This document shows, piece after piece, positions 1-13,639 of a stretch of DNA of 64,000 nt (its first letter is position 1; the number at the start of each line of letters is the position of its first letter). The translations under genes and the position numbers were made by a program. Origin of the DNA: Octopus sinensis. Taxonomy: Eukaryota. The stretch is taken from positions 33,046,001 through 33,110,000 of the forward strand of contig NC_043000.1 of the NCBI RefSeq assembly GCF_006345805.1, read 5' to 3'. Under the pieces are notes generated by a model that searched no databases, was not told where the DNA came from, and was given only the letters and a program-made list of their open reading frames with translations.

Positions 1-110
1 TTAATTCACATTCATTTGTTTTTATTCTTTTTTTCCTTTCCATTTTCATTCGAGACCGATAATATATTCTAAATTATCACCATTGTTTATTATTATTATT
101 ATTATTATTA

Positions 111-172
<62 letters not shown>

Positions 173-614
173 GTTATTGTTATTATTATTTTGGTCTGAT
201 TGTTTTGTGTGTATGAGTGTGGTTTTTTGTCGTCTGTTTTTGTTGAATTTATTTTAGAAGAAATCTCATGTCGCTTTAACAAATCTGGTTGTTCAGTGAA
301 AGTTCATAACAGCAGACGTTTCTCGCATTTATTCATGCGATCTGATCAGAAAGGCGTATTATAGTTAGAAAGGCACGTCAGCGGCTTTGATTTATGACTT
401 GTGTTTACATCGCAGCATCTGGTAAAAAGAATCTCTTTGCTTTGTTCTTGTTCAATTAAGTTTTCTTTTTTTAACTTTCTCTTTTTATCTGCTGCTCTTT
501 TAGAGATTTCTGCTCGGAAACAACTACATTAGCTTTCAATTTATTTCCGCGCAAGGGTTTCTTTCTCGTGATTAACGTCGCCATCTTATTTCTGCTTTTT
601 ACAAACACTGCTTG

Positions 615-662
<48 letters not shown>

Positions 663-743
663 TGTGTGTGTATGTGAATGTGAGCACGAGGGTGTGTATG
701 CATATCTATTTGTATATGTATATATGGATATATGTCTGTATGC

Positions 744-820
<77 letters not shown>

Positions 821-882
821 CCTACCTACCTATCTCTCTCTCTCTCGCTCTCTCTCTTTATATATATATATAATATATATAT

Positions 883-1969
883 ATATGTTAATAAAATAGA
901 ACATATGCATATATATAAACATATATGTACGTACCTACCTCTACATGTACATATACACGCATATATGTGTACAGGACACCAAAAAGACGTCGAACACATA
1001 GAGAGACGAAACACATGGACACAAACCAAGGAACAAGACAAGCAAAAAAAAAAAAAAAAAGGAGATATACAGGACAATAAGCACAACGAAAAATCCCCTT
1101 CTTCAGTCGCTAAGATTTCATCTACTAAACGTTTCGAAGGATAAAAGCGAGACATATACTTCGAAGAAAAATTCCTTCCCGCGAAAAGCAAATCAATTAA
1201 AATTCTGAGATCTTTTCGCAGAGGGGTAAAAAAAAGCAAGACGGTAACGACAGTACAAACATATAAACAGTAAAAAATATATATATAAACAGTGGAAAAA
1301 TAAATATATAACAGTGAGAGACAGGACAAGGAGAACAAGATAAGAAGGGCTGTTAACGCCAGACGAAAAAAGTATTGCAAACGCTGGATTATCGTGGACG
1401 ACGAGAGAGGGAAAATTTGTCGACCAGAAGCCTTACAAGGCGGGCGAGAAAAGACAGGATAGCAGTTACGACGGAAGTATCGTCGCAGATGGACGACGGG
1501 AATGGGGGAGGAGGAGCAAGAGGAAGAGAGAGAAGAAGGGGAATGGTGCGAGGAGACCATGAAGAATGGTGAAAGGGAGAGAGAGAATGAAGAATGAGAG
1601 AGAGAGGAAGAGACAAGTTAAGTGAGGGAAAAAAAGACGAAAAAGGGAATGGGAGAGAAAGAAAGAAAGATGCAGAGTCGCGTGAGAGTTAATATCAAGG
1701 CTAACTTGATAAACAGAACAATCTTACTTAATAGGGTGCGTGCGTTTAGTCGTATAATATGTTAATAAAATAGAACATATGCATATATATAAACATATAT
1801 GTACGTACCTACCTCTACATGTACATATACACGCATATATGTGTACAGGACACCAAAAAGACGTCGAACACATAGAGAGACGAAACACATGGACACAAAC
1901 CAAGGAACAAGACAAGCAAAAAAAAAAAAAAAAAGGAGAGATACAGGACAATAAGCACAACGAAAAATC

Positions 1970-1973
<4 letters not shown>
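883..1973 (-). mobile_element. Non-autonomous Penelope-like or retrozyme-like element (family F) with 217-bp direct terminal repeats
   Basis: 883-1099 and 1757-1973 are direct repeats with one visible mismatch (t1066/g1940), set between (TA)n runs. Minus strand 1096-1140 has CCTTC-GAAACGT...CTGAAGA. A homologous copy lies at 54362-54628. Confidence 0.5.
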
Positions 1974-2008
<35 letters not shown>

Positions 2009-2106
2009 GTATATGTAAAGCACACACATATACACTTTTATTATATTTATATGTGAGTGTGTATGTGTGTAAATCTTCCTTTGCTTTATTTTTTTAATTA
2101 TACAAG

Positions 2107-2169
2107 TTCGTCCTTTACAAATGGGACCGGTTTCAAATAAAGAAATCTTACGCCATCATCAGAATTTAG
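2107..2169 (+). CDS. Candidate 63-nt coding micro-exon (phase 1-1), RPLQMGPVSNKEILRHHQNL, unknown gene
   Basis: Pyrimidine-rich tract plus AAG acceptor, AG|GTAAGA donor, length divisible by 3, and only one open frame. No homologue recognised. Confidence 0.25.
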   Translation, partial: FVLYKWDRFQIKKSYAIIRI

Positions 2170-2696
2170 GTAAGAACCGCGACAAGGAAGTTTTCCAGAC
2201 TACGACAGATTTTGGGAAAGTATATCTTCACTTAAGTTTCGCTTGCAGATCGAATTTTCGCGACGGGGGAAACGATTTGTAGTAATAGTCACGATTCTTT
2301 TCGTTTTGATTTCACTGAGTTTGGGCTGTACTCTACCATAAAGGAGTTCCTCCCGAGGAAAGAAAATTGCTAAATATTTTCGATAGTTTTTAGACGTTGC
2401 AGCCGAAGACTTAGCTCGGACTCTTGCAACAGATTGGATTCTGCTAATTATATCTAAGGCACTGGTAGGAATTTAACCCGAGTGGCAGATCAAGAGTACC
2501 ACCCAGTTCTGACCAGATAACATTTCTCCCAGAAATTACATTAGATTTGCTTTAAAATCATCCATTTTATTAATATATTCTTTCAAGAACTATTTTGGTT
2601 TTTAGAAGGAAAAGCTTGACGACGATCAAGTAAACGATCAAATCTGGTGACGTTACTGGGAAGAAGAAAAGAAAAAAGAGAGACAAAGAAAGAAGT

Positions 2697-2746
<50 letters not shown>

Positions 2747-2845
2747 GATATGAAGGAGTGATAACGGAAGAAGTAAACAGAGAAGGTGAGAGAGAGAGAG
2801 AGAGAAAGAGAGAGGGAGAGGGAGAAAGGAGAGAGAAAAAGATAT

Positions 2846-3045
2846 AGTCGCCATGATAGAACGTTAATCACTACACACATTTTTTCTCTCCTTGTTTCTC
2901 TCTTCGTTTTCTCTGTGTCCCTTTCTGTAGAAGAGCGTAGGCTCGAAACGTAAAAGACTTTTTCTATTCCTGAGGGTTATACTAATACATCTGTTTGTTT
3001 TGTACACCACCTGTCTTCGTCTTTTGTTTTTTCGTAAACTCTCCC
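2846..3045 (+). mobile_element. Short Penelope pLTR-like repeat (family G) with hammerhead-like motif
   Basis: CTTT-CTGTAGA-A-GAGC-GTAG-GCTC-GAAACGT-A-AAAG at 2921-2956, ending in (TA)n. Five other copies occur in the window. Confidence 0.65.
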
Positions 3046-3055
3046 TATATATATA

Positions 3056-3115
<60 letters not shown>

Positions 3116-3119
3116 TATG

Positions 3120-3223
<104 letters not shown>

Positions 3224-3792
3224 TATATATACATATATATATATACATATATATATACATATATATATATATCCTGCAATCACTTCGGTTTCTGCTGTTT
3301 TTCAAATTACTCCTGAAGTATCTACGACCATATTCTTCTATGTCTGTTGCAGTTTTAATTTTCTTAAAATAATAGAGAGTGATTTAGGCAAGTTTGGCTG
3401 CTATATCCTGTAGGTCAAACTGTTAAGTAAATGCTCTTCCTCTGATTGGCTGAAAATCTCCAGGGTGAATCAGCCTGGTAAGATATTCGAACGCAAAGAA
3501 TTGAAGTTGGCACCTCATCACGTCTACCACACGTTAAGGTGATAAACCACTACACCCCCTCATGACACCTGTTTTCTGTTAAGTGAAATGGGACGTTTAA
3601 CGTCTTCTCTATAATGAAAGACGAATCAGTGATTATTTGGTTGGTAGACCGATGCCTTTTCTCTCTACCCGAGGTCCAGTTGATCAGTAGTGGGGAAGGG
3701 GTGGTGGTCAACTGTAAAAGCAAAAATATCACAAAACAAAACAAACTGGTACAGCCAAGAATCAAACTACAAAAAACATAAACAGCAACATT

Positions 3793-3837
<45 letters not shown>

Positions 3838-3967
3838 TACTACTACTACTACTACAAGGGGACAGTTAGAGAAAGGGCGGCACTAGTGATCTTTGCCGCT
3901 CTTCACCAATTTAGACTGGGGGAGATCAATCTCACTAATGTTCAAACTGAATTTGTAACGCGAGTAG

Positions 3968-4550
3968 TTTGTCTAGACAAAACGTTATTTCCACGGTGGC
4001 GTTTGACTAGACAAAACGTTATTTCCACGGTGGAGTTTGACTGGACAAAACGTTATTTCCACGGTGGAGTTTGACTGGACAAAACGTTATTTCCACGGTG
4101 GCGTTTGACTGGACAAAACGTTATTTCCACGGTGGAGTTTGACTGGACAAAACGTTATTTCCACGGTGGAGTTTGACTGGACAAAACGTTACTACCACGG
4201 TGGCGTTTGACTGGACAAAACGCCATTGCCACGGTGGAGTTTGACTGGACAAGACGTTATTGCCACAGTGGCGTTTGACAGGACAAAACGTTATTGCCAC
4301 GGTGGCGTTCGACAGGACAAAACGTTATTTCCACGGTGGAGTTTGACTGGACAAAACGCCATTGCCACGGTGGAGTTTGACTGGACAAAACACCATTGCC
4401 ACAGTGGCGTTTGACTGGACAAAACGTTATTTCCACGGTGGAGTTTGACTGGACAAAACGTTATTTCCACGGTGGAGTTTAACTGGACAAAACATCACTG
4501 CCACAGTGGCGTTTGACTGGACAAAACATTATTGTCACGGTGGAGCTGAC
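3968..4550. repeat. Minisatellite, about 17 x 34 bp
   Basis: Unit GACAAAACGTTATTTCCACGGTGGAGTTTGACTG; starts at 3976, 4010, 4044 and onward; no spacers. Confidence 0.95.
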
Positions 4551-4689
4551 AGCTGACGCCATGGCACTCAAAGTGCTGCCAGAGTTAGTGACGATCTCCA
4601 AGTTTAGCAGGAAGTTAAATTGAACGTGTTAAAAAACGAGAAACGACGAAGTGACCGCATGTGTTTGTTTAACGGGCAAGAAATAGTAA

Positions 4690-4870
4690 TCAAATCTCTT
4701 TAAAATCCCGCCTACACTCTTATAAAAGGAAGTACAGACTGAGTTATGTAGTCCTAGATACACTATGACAGAAAAACAAAGCAGCAGCGAAGAGGGTTTG
4801 TTCACGGTTGGAGCCCTTTCATCGTTCTCGTTTTTGATCAGAACTGACCTGAGACTAAACAACCACAACA
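4690..4870 (+). mobile_element. Degenerate SINE-like repeat (family E)
   Basis: Shares the caaatctc...tagtcctagatacactatg...ttgatca...tgacctgagactaaacaac motifs with 7305-7490 (inverted) and 50415-50585. Confidence 0.5.
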
Positions 4871-5670
4871 GTTGCGAGTTCGATCCCCTGAGTATCTCTT
4901 TCCGATAAATATTCCTCCCGTCTCAAGAAGAGTACAACAGCTGTCTGCAGTCAGTGGCTGACGCATTCCTTGTGAATGTTGACCTCTTAGTCATTATTTA
5001 GATTATTCTCAAACTGGTTCTAAATCTGGTGAGGTTACCTGACAAGCTCCTCACTCTTTCCCACAGCATCAATGTTTCCTCTTCCTCCTTCTCCTCTCCC
5101 CCCTTCCTCCTTCTCCTCTCCCCCCTTCCTCCTTCTCATCCCCCTTCCTCCTTCTCCTCTCTCCCCTCCCTTCCTCCTCCTCTCTCCCCTCCCTTCCTCC
5201 TTCCTTCTCCTCCCTTCCTTCTCCTCCCTTCCTTCTCCTCCCTTCCTCTCCCTCTTTCTTGTTTTTAGCTTTCTTCAAATATGTTTTCGCACTGTTGTAA
5301 TTCTGTTCACAGATGTGCACACCCACAAACACACAGAAATATTTGCATACACATACACTCATAAATGCAATAGACACACACAGACACAGACACAGACACA
5401 CACACACACACACTACACACAAACACACACACACAGACACACACACACGTAGGCACACACGCATATTTAAGTATACGTTTATACTCACTCACCCTAAATA
5501 TCTTATTCTTTCCAATATTTTTAGTCTATATAAGCACGTTCCACTGTTTTAAAAAAATGCATGACGCACATACACACAAACACGTTTATATACTCTCTCT
5601 CCCCCTCTTTCTCTCTCTCTCTCTCTCTCTTTCACACACACACACTCATTTATGTATGTATGTATATATA

Positions 5671-5845
5671 TATAGTTCAAATTTACAGAAAAACAGAAGA
5701 CGAAGACAGGTGTAGGAACGACAAGCAAGTGTATTAGTTTAACGCTCGGGAAAAATGGAAAAGTCTTTTACGTTTCGAGCCTATGCTCTTCAACAAGAAG
5801 GAATAAGAGGGAATAAATAGAAAGAGAGAGAAAAAAAAAAGCCGA
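5671..5845 (-). mobile_element. Family G copy
   Basis: Plus strand ttttacgtttcgagcctatgctcttcaac and gaagacgaagacagg match family G. Confidence 0.7.
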
Positions 5846-6005
5846 GAGAGAGAAAAACTGTAGAGCTCACCGGTGGAAATCATTTCCGTGGGGCAGTTGC
5901 AGGAGGAGACGATGGGGTGGCCAGGGTTGTTGGGCTTGTAAATTTTAAGAAGGAAGTAAATAGAGGGGGTGCGTAGGGTACAGACAATATATATATATAT
6001 AATAT

Positions 6006-6048
<43 letters not shown>

Positions 6049-6423
6049 GTATGTATATATATACACATACATGCATATACTCACTCTGTATATGTATCAA
6101 GTGAGATCGGGCCAAAGTATCGTCGTTAAACCCACCGTATAATGACCAATATGATGTCTTCCATTAATTCTCTCTCCCTTCCATGAATGTCTAGCTATTT
6201 GCTTTAAATTGCAGTGAAGAAACAGCTTATGTCTGATCATGGTGTCTTCATTTCACTCAGGTATATTTTGATACGACCTCCTTATACAATGCTGAGAGTG
6301 GCAGCACCAGTGGTGATAGAGTGGTAACAGAATGGAGACGCAGTTGAATATTATAACGATGAAGTGTGCCACCACGCCACCGTTGTTATATATTGTGACC
6401 GCGGTGACATTTCCTTCTTGTTA

Positions 6424-6640
6424 TATACTGATTTCAAATTTTGGCACGAGGCCAGCAATTTCAGAGCAGGAGATAAGTCGATTACATCAACCCCAGTACT
6501 CAACTGGCACTTTTATTTTCATCGATCCGGAAAGGATAAAAGGCAAAGTCGACTTCAGCGGAATTTGAACTCGGAACGAAGAGGCAGACGAAATGCCGCT
6601 AAGCATTTCGTCCGGTGTACTAATGATTTCGCCACCTTTC
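6424..6640 (-). mobile_element. tRNA-derived SINE family B
   Basis: Reverse complement has a GAGTTCAAATTCC B box and GTCGACTTTGCCTTT..CCTTTC..GATCGATGAAAATAAAAG central domain, as in 55831-56062. Confidence 0.85.
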
Positions 6641-7304
6641 TTTTTGTTATATATTTCGAAGCGAAGTGGTGCAGTGTTCCATTACAATTTGACTAACATT
6701 CTTTCCAAAGAACATATTTCTGTCTTAATTAACGATCTCTATGTCAGACAACCGAATTAAATTTGTGATTAAATGCCCCCGGGTTAAACAGTGAATTGAT
6801 AGATTCAGATCATCAACCGAAAGATCAATCATTCCTATTTCATCCTCCCCATCCACCACCACATCTTTAGTAAGTCTAGTCTACTTATTTGCAAACAGGT
6901 AACATGTTTAAAGGACAAGAAACCACAGCAGGAGACAAGCGGTCCAAGGCCTTAGAGGTACCCTCTGAAGGCCTTTGCAGATTTTTACTGGCCTCAATAA
7001 ACCCTTCAAGACCTTGGCAGTCATCGCAGATTTTAAGACGCTTCTTCCACCAACTTAGTTCATTAATATAAGAAGAGAGAACTTTGAGTGATTAATTATT
7101 GCTTTTGTTGTTTAAAGTATTGACTTAGAGTCTCCTCGTTACATGAGGCTCATGACAGCGGCACACTTCTACAACAAGGTCACAATTTGTATGAAACAGA
7201 AAGACACTTCTATTTAGAATGCTTCCATTACAGATGCAGAGATATATGGCATCGGCAAATTTCTGACAGAGGCACACTTCCATTGCAGTTCTGTTTAATT
7301 AACA

Positions 7305-7490
7305 TTGTTGTTGGTGATATTGTTTAACCACCGGCCAGGCCTTATCCATTAAACTCATGATCAAAGCGTTTTGGTCATGACCATCCACAGCATCATTTTT
7401 AAAGATAGCACTGTGTTATATGAGGTAGACTTTAGCTGCTACTCCTAGCAGATCATATAGCAGCATGGAAGCTTTTGCTGGATCGGTTTA
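7305..7490 (-). mobile_element. Degenerate family E copy
   Basis: Reverse complement gatctgctaggagtagcagctaaagtctacctc...gatggtcatgacc...ctttgatcatgag aligns with the other E copies. Confidence 0.5.
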
Positions 7491-8003
7491 ACCAAGTTGA
7501 CCAAATAAGAATAAATAGATAAACGAAAGGAAGTGTATAGTGAAACTGACGCTGGTTGGGTTTGAACCCACCAAACATAACATGGAATATTTGTTTTGAA
7601 ATGTTAATCTGTCTCGGAATGTAACACACGTAGCATCGTGCCTCTTTGATTAGGCAAAGATTTGTAGGGGTGGGGAAGAGTTATTGCTCTTGTTTACCGT
7701 TAGCTTTGAATTAAAGTTTATTTTACCTGTATGCATTCTCAGTAACAGGTGTGTGTATGTGTGAGTGTATGTGGGCATGTGTGAGTCTGTGTGTGTCTGT
7801 GTGTATGTATATATGTGTGGTGTCAGTCTTTAGCACTATATGTGTGAGTCTGTCTGCATATATGTTTGTGTGTGTATGTGTGTGTGTGCTTATGTGTGTG
7901 TGTCTGGAACATATTAATTTATTTCTAAGCTTGTCCAGTCTGTCTCGTATTTAGTATGGTAAGGTGACCGATATCTTCTCGTCTTTTTACAGAGAAAAGC
8001 AGT

Positions 8004-8080
<77 letters not shown>

Positions 8081-8956
8081 TGAAAGAGAGAAGAGTAGTA
8101 AGGAGACTGTGAGAATATAGGGAGAAGTCGGAGAACTTGAACAGCTGGAAATTTCTCCTCTTTCCTCACTTTTAATAAGTGTGTGTGTATGTGGAGGGGG
8201 GACGTAAAATATTTAGAATGGCATAGACCATCACCTTAGTTGTTTGTTTAATGGTGGTGGCGGTGGCGTTGACGGCAGGAGTGTGATGGCGGCGGCGATG
8301 GCGGACTCTTATACTTCATTGTTTTAGTTTGGACTCACATAAAGCCAGACTCTTTCCCCTCCTTCACCGCCAGAGTTTGACTCACTATTTCCCGAACCTC
8401 TTCAATCGAACATCGTTCAATTATTGCAGATAAAGTTTCAAACACACATGGGTCATGACAGCGGCACACTTTATGTTAGTGCCGCCATCTTCTGTTTATT
8501 ATTTGTGCCAATGACGGAGCCTGTTATGTGGTCGGCTGACGAGCAAGAAATAACAGCCAAATCCACATTGGAAAAGCTATTCCAATCAGTTAACAATACA
8601 GAGAAACACGTTTTGTATTGATTTCTCAACAGTACTGTCTATTAAGAAGTGTTAGAAGGTTTCGTCGTACTACATCATTGACAGTTCTACAGTATTTCTG
8701 TGATACGGCGACACTGTGTCTACGGATACCTTGGTGTACGGTTGGTATAAGAATTATATTGTGTAGGGCGAATAATAAAGGGATCGATATTAAGACTAGC
8801 AAGTGAAGTAGGAACGAGTAGCAATGAATATATCCCCCAAGTAGAAAGTACATTGCGCATGCGTCTGTGTGAATTCGGTTGAACGGACCAGAGTTGGTTC
8901 TTTATTTTTGCGGAAAGGACAGACTCTGAACTCTAATGGTGGTGGTGATGATGATG

Positions 8957-9015
<59 letters not shown>

Positions 9016-9300
9016 GAGTGAGAGAACAATGCATGCCATCAAAGTGACACTGGGGTAAAATATACGAAGCCCAGTATACCCATCACGACTACCCGTCTGA
9101 TAAGGGTACACCAGGCAAAATGCATCACAACGATATGTCCGCAACATGGTGATCTCATATCAAGATAAACAGCACATGACCTTGCAGGTGGGGCCCAGTT
9201 AGAATTTTCTTTTGGTCGAGTAACCCATCCTGCTCAAAAGGTCCTTGAATAAGGGTTGTTTAAGGATGTCGAACGAAACACCCATGTTTCCAGAGGTGAA
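9016..9300 (-). mobile_element. Family X retroposon 3' part (285 bp), (AAT)n tail
   Basis: Nearly identical to 25906-26270, 27548-27972 and 33618-34150; all share one fixed end next to (ATT)n. Confidence 0.85.
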
Positions 9301-9600
9301 GTAGTAGTAGTAGTAATAACATCAATTAATAATAATTTTAAAACTAAGAAAAGGTAGAACGTGGTTCTAGTTCTGGCGAGAGGCGGATCTCTCTTTTCAG
9401 CATTGTAAACGGCAGTGTACGGACTGGTAGACATATTAGACTAATTATGACAACAATTACAAGAAAAGCAGGGCAAGTAATTGATGGATTATCTGGTATA
9501 ACCTTCCATTTGGCACTCATGTATCCTCACACATCTCAGGTAAATTTTTTATAGTCTCAGACAAGTATTTTCCCCACATGAAGCAGAATTTCTGATTAGA

Positions 9601-9837
9601 TTCTTTTACTTGTTTCAGTCATTTGACTGCGGCCATGTTGGAGCACTGCCTTTAGTCGAACAAATCGACCCTAGGACTTATTCTTTGTAAGCCTAGTACT
9701 TATTCTATCGGTCTGTTTTGTCGAACCGCTAGTGACGGGGTCGTACACACACCAGCATCGGTTGTCAAGCGATGGTGGAGGGACAAACACGGACACATAA
9801 ATCTATACACACACACACACACACTTATATATATGTA

Positions 9838-9911
<74 letters not shown>

Positions 9912-10008
9912 TATATATATTAGACAGGCTTCTTTCAGTTTCCGTATAACAAATCCACTCACAAGGCTTTGGTCGGCCGGAGGTTATAGTAGAAGACACT
10001 TGCCCAAG
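9601..10008 (-). mobile_element. SINE family A, 5'-truncated, with internal microsatellite
   Basis: Tail tgtttcagtcatttgactgcggccatg, central (CA)(CT)(TA) repeats, and head fragment agaagacacttgcccaag. Confidence 0.9.
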
Positions 10009-10737
10009 TATTTTTATTCAACGGTTACAAATGAGAATTTCCCTAATAATGCAAGTAGGCAATTGTTTTGCTGAAAATTCTGTTTTATACTCTGAACTGA
10101 CTTGTTCTCAATGAACGCACATACTTAAATACGATTTTACTTCGACATTAGGCAGGCACTACCATTCATTTTCCTCGTATAGTCTTTAATTTGCCCCAAT
10201 CTGATAAAGAACACCTCAAAACTAACTATTGGTTAATATGTAATGGAAAGAAATTTAATATGTCAGCTTTCAACTCCAATCTTCCATTAGCTCTGGTGGT
10301 GTGTGAAATGAAAAGATACGTTTAGAACCTTGGGAAAAATGACTCGAGAAGAAACTGTTGCGTGAAGTGGTTGATTAACCGATCAATTAAATTTACTAGG
10401 ATTAACGGGTTTGGATTACCGAATCATTTGAAATGTACGAAAATGAATAAAGTATCGTATGGAAATAACACTTCATTTTCATATTTCTTTAGTATGTATG
10501 TATGTATGTATGTATGTATGTATGTATGTATGTATGTATGTATGTATGTATGTATGTATGCATGCATGTATGTATGTATGTATTGAATATTCATTTCATT
10601 TTGTTAGAGGTTATTCAGCTGGCGGAAAAGAATAACCTTGCGACGGACCGGCGTCCCGTCTTGGGAGGAATATATGCACCACGGAAAACCAGAAAACCGG
10701 CTCTTTGAGCCTATAATGACTCGAAAAGGATTTTTCC

Positions 10738-10813
<76 letters not shown>

Positions 10814-11372
10814 TGGTTGAAACCAGTCTAATACAATGGTCAGTGATTGTTCTTAACAGTGTGACTGTCGCCACCCTACTTTGGGTGCCCTTAGAAGAAT
10901 CTAATATCAAAATTCCTACCAGGCTGCTGATCTCTCTTGATTCCATTGTGTCAAACTTCAGTGGCTTTGATTGTTGGTTACAATCCTACATTTTCTCCCA
11001 ACGCCACTGAATTCGAACTCAAAAGACTCAGCTATTAATCATAGTCTCTGGACCTCCCTCTCTATAACATAAGATCAAAAGAAGTGAAAAAAAAAACAAA
11101 AACATTTCAGGTATGTTAGTAGTACTCTCATGAATGAAGGAATTTGTAAAGAGCGCACCTAATCATTGTCTGGGCTTCAGAGTTTTCAAAAGAAACCATG
11201 ACACAACATTCTAGTATTTTCTTTAATCTTTCTTTTCAAATAGTTTGTGATTTTGTAAATAATGAAGAAACTATATTAAACAACAACAATGCCGGGTTAT
11301 AAATAGTGGCAAGCTAACCCGACAGAAACGTTGGCAGTAGAATAACCACTGTCTATACTGTTGCTGTTGTTG

Positions 11373-11404
<32 letters not shown>

Positions 11405-11487
11405 GGTGGTGTTGGTTATGATGTTGTTGTTGCCCTGCCTGCTGTTTTCACTTGAATGGCGAGAATATTGCTCACTACACACACAGA

Positions 11488-11950
<463 letters not shown>

Positions 11951-11977
11951 GTTTGTCTGTCTGTTTGTCTCTATCTG

Positions 11978-12048
<71 letters not shown>

Positions 12049-12463
12049 CTGTTTATCTATCTATTAATATATGTACATATATGTGTGAATGTATACAAAT
12101 ATACATGATCACATGTACATACACACATTTTCAAACACATTTACACCTTTCCGTCTATACTGCTTCTTATGCTCATACGCGCGCGCACATTCACATACAC
12201 ACACACACACAGAAGTAATTTAAATAATGTCCTGTTCGTATGTCCGCCACTTCTGTATTTCTTCTCCTTCTGCTGGGCCCCGGCAGCAACAGATGACTAC
12301 GCAAATATGTACAAATAATACCATTTCCAGCAAGCACGGTTTGTGTGACAGTCATGTTTTCATTGAGGACGTGAGCGGCATAACAGGTGTTAACGGCTTT
12401 CAGTGAGGAATAAAAATTGTTTATAGAGTTAACACACAGGTGTGTGTGTGTGTGTGAACATAT

Positions 12464-12540
<77 letters not shown>

Positions 12541-12595
12541 GTGTGTGTGTGTGTGAATAAATATATATATATATGTGTGTGTGAATATATAATTC

Positions 12596-12629
<34 letters not shown>

Positions 12630-12809
12630 ACATTTACGGACACAGACTGTGTGTCGATAGCCAACTGGAAAAGATGTTTTCCTGGGGCTTGAACAACAGT
12701 AACATCGTCCTATATAGGACCGCTACATCCTGTTAGCAAATAAACTCTACTCTTCGGTTCTATTGCTGTATATCTCTCGCTGAGAGATTTAAAACAAGTT
12801 GTTTCCTTC

Positions 12810-12844
<35 letters not shown>

Positions 12845-12909
12845 GTATGTATGTGTATATGTATGTGTATATGTATGTGTATATGTATGTATACACACAC
12901 ATATATATA

Positions 12910-12980
<71 letters not shown>

Positions 12981-12983
<3 letters not shown>

Positions 12984-13170
12984 AGAGTTTACGAAAAAAA
13001 CAAAAGACGAAGACAGGTGGTGTACAAAACAAACAGATGTATTAGTATAACGCTCAGGAATAGAAAAAGTCTTTTACGTTTCGAGCCTACGCTCTTCTAC
13101 AGAAAGGACACAGAAAAAACAAGGGGAGAAAATAATGTGTGTAGTGGCTAACGATCTATCATGGCGACTG
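12981..13170 (-). mobile_element. Family G copy, near-identical to 2846-3045 and inverted relative to it
   Basis: gggagagtttacgaaaaaaacaaaagacgaagacaggtggtgtac...cgtttcgagcctacgctcttctacagaaagg. Confidence 0.85.
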
Positions 13171-13207
13171 ACTTCGGACAGAAGGGTCACAAACGAGAAG
13201 GAAGAAG

Positions 13208-13254
<47 letters not shown>

Positions 13255-13639
13255 TTTTATTTTGTTATTGGCTTCAGCCAGTGTCAGGAGCTAGGCTGGA
13301 GCACCGTCTTTCAGTGAATTCAGCTGTCCTTTCAATACTGTTTTTGATGAAGATGCAAGTTGTACGAAGATGTTCCTCTTTGTGCCCCTTGCCGTGATGT
13401 GGGCTCATCTGGGATTTCAGATACAAATTTGTCCAGGTGCTTTTTAAACATTTCCACAGCTACAATTTGGAGATCTCTTAGGTTCTTTGGCACGATGTTA
13501 AATAGTTATGGTCCACTGAATCCCAAGTTGTTGCAATACTAAGAGAGGGAGAGGGAGAGAGAGAGAGGGAGAGAGAGAGAGAGAGAGGGAGAGAGAGAGA
13601 GGGAGAAAGGGAGAGAGGGAGAGAGAGAGAATGCACAGC

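Noticed and set aside
3968-4550. CRISPR array
   Set aside because: The units are contiguous with no unique spacers, there are no cas genes, and the context is eukaryotic.
6245-6266. Recursive splice sites (CAG|GTATAT here, CAG|GTAAAT near 9539, CAG|GTATGT near 11109)
   Set aside because: Each has a weak donor or weak pyrimidine tract, the frequency is expected by chance, and the host transcript strand is unknown.
8430-8474. 45-nt micro-exon IKFQTHMGHDSGTLY
   Set aside because: Weak donor and acceptor context, and a different phase from the other candidates.
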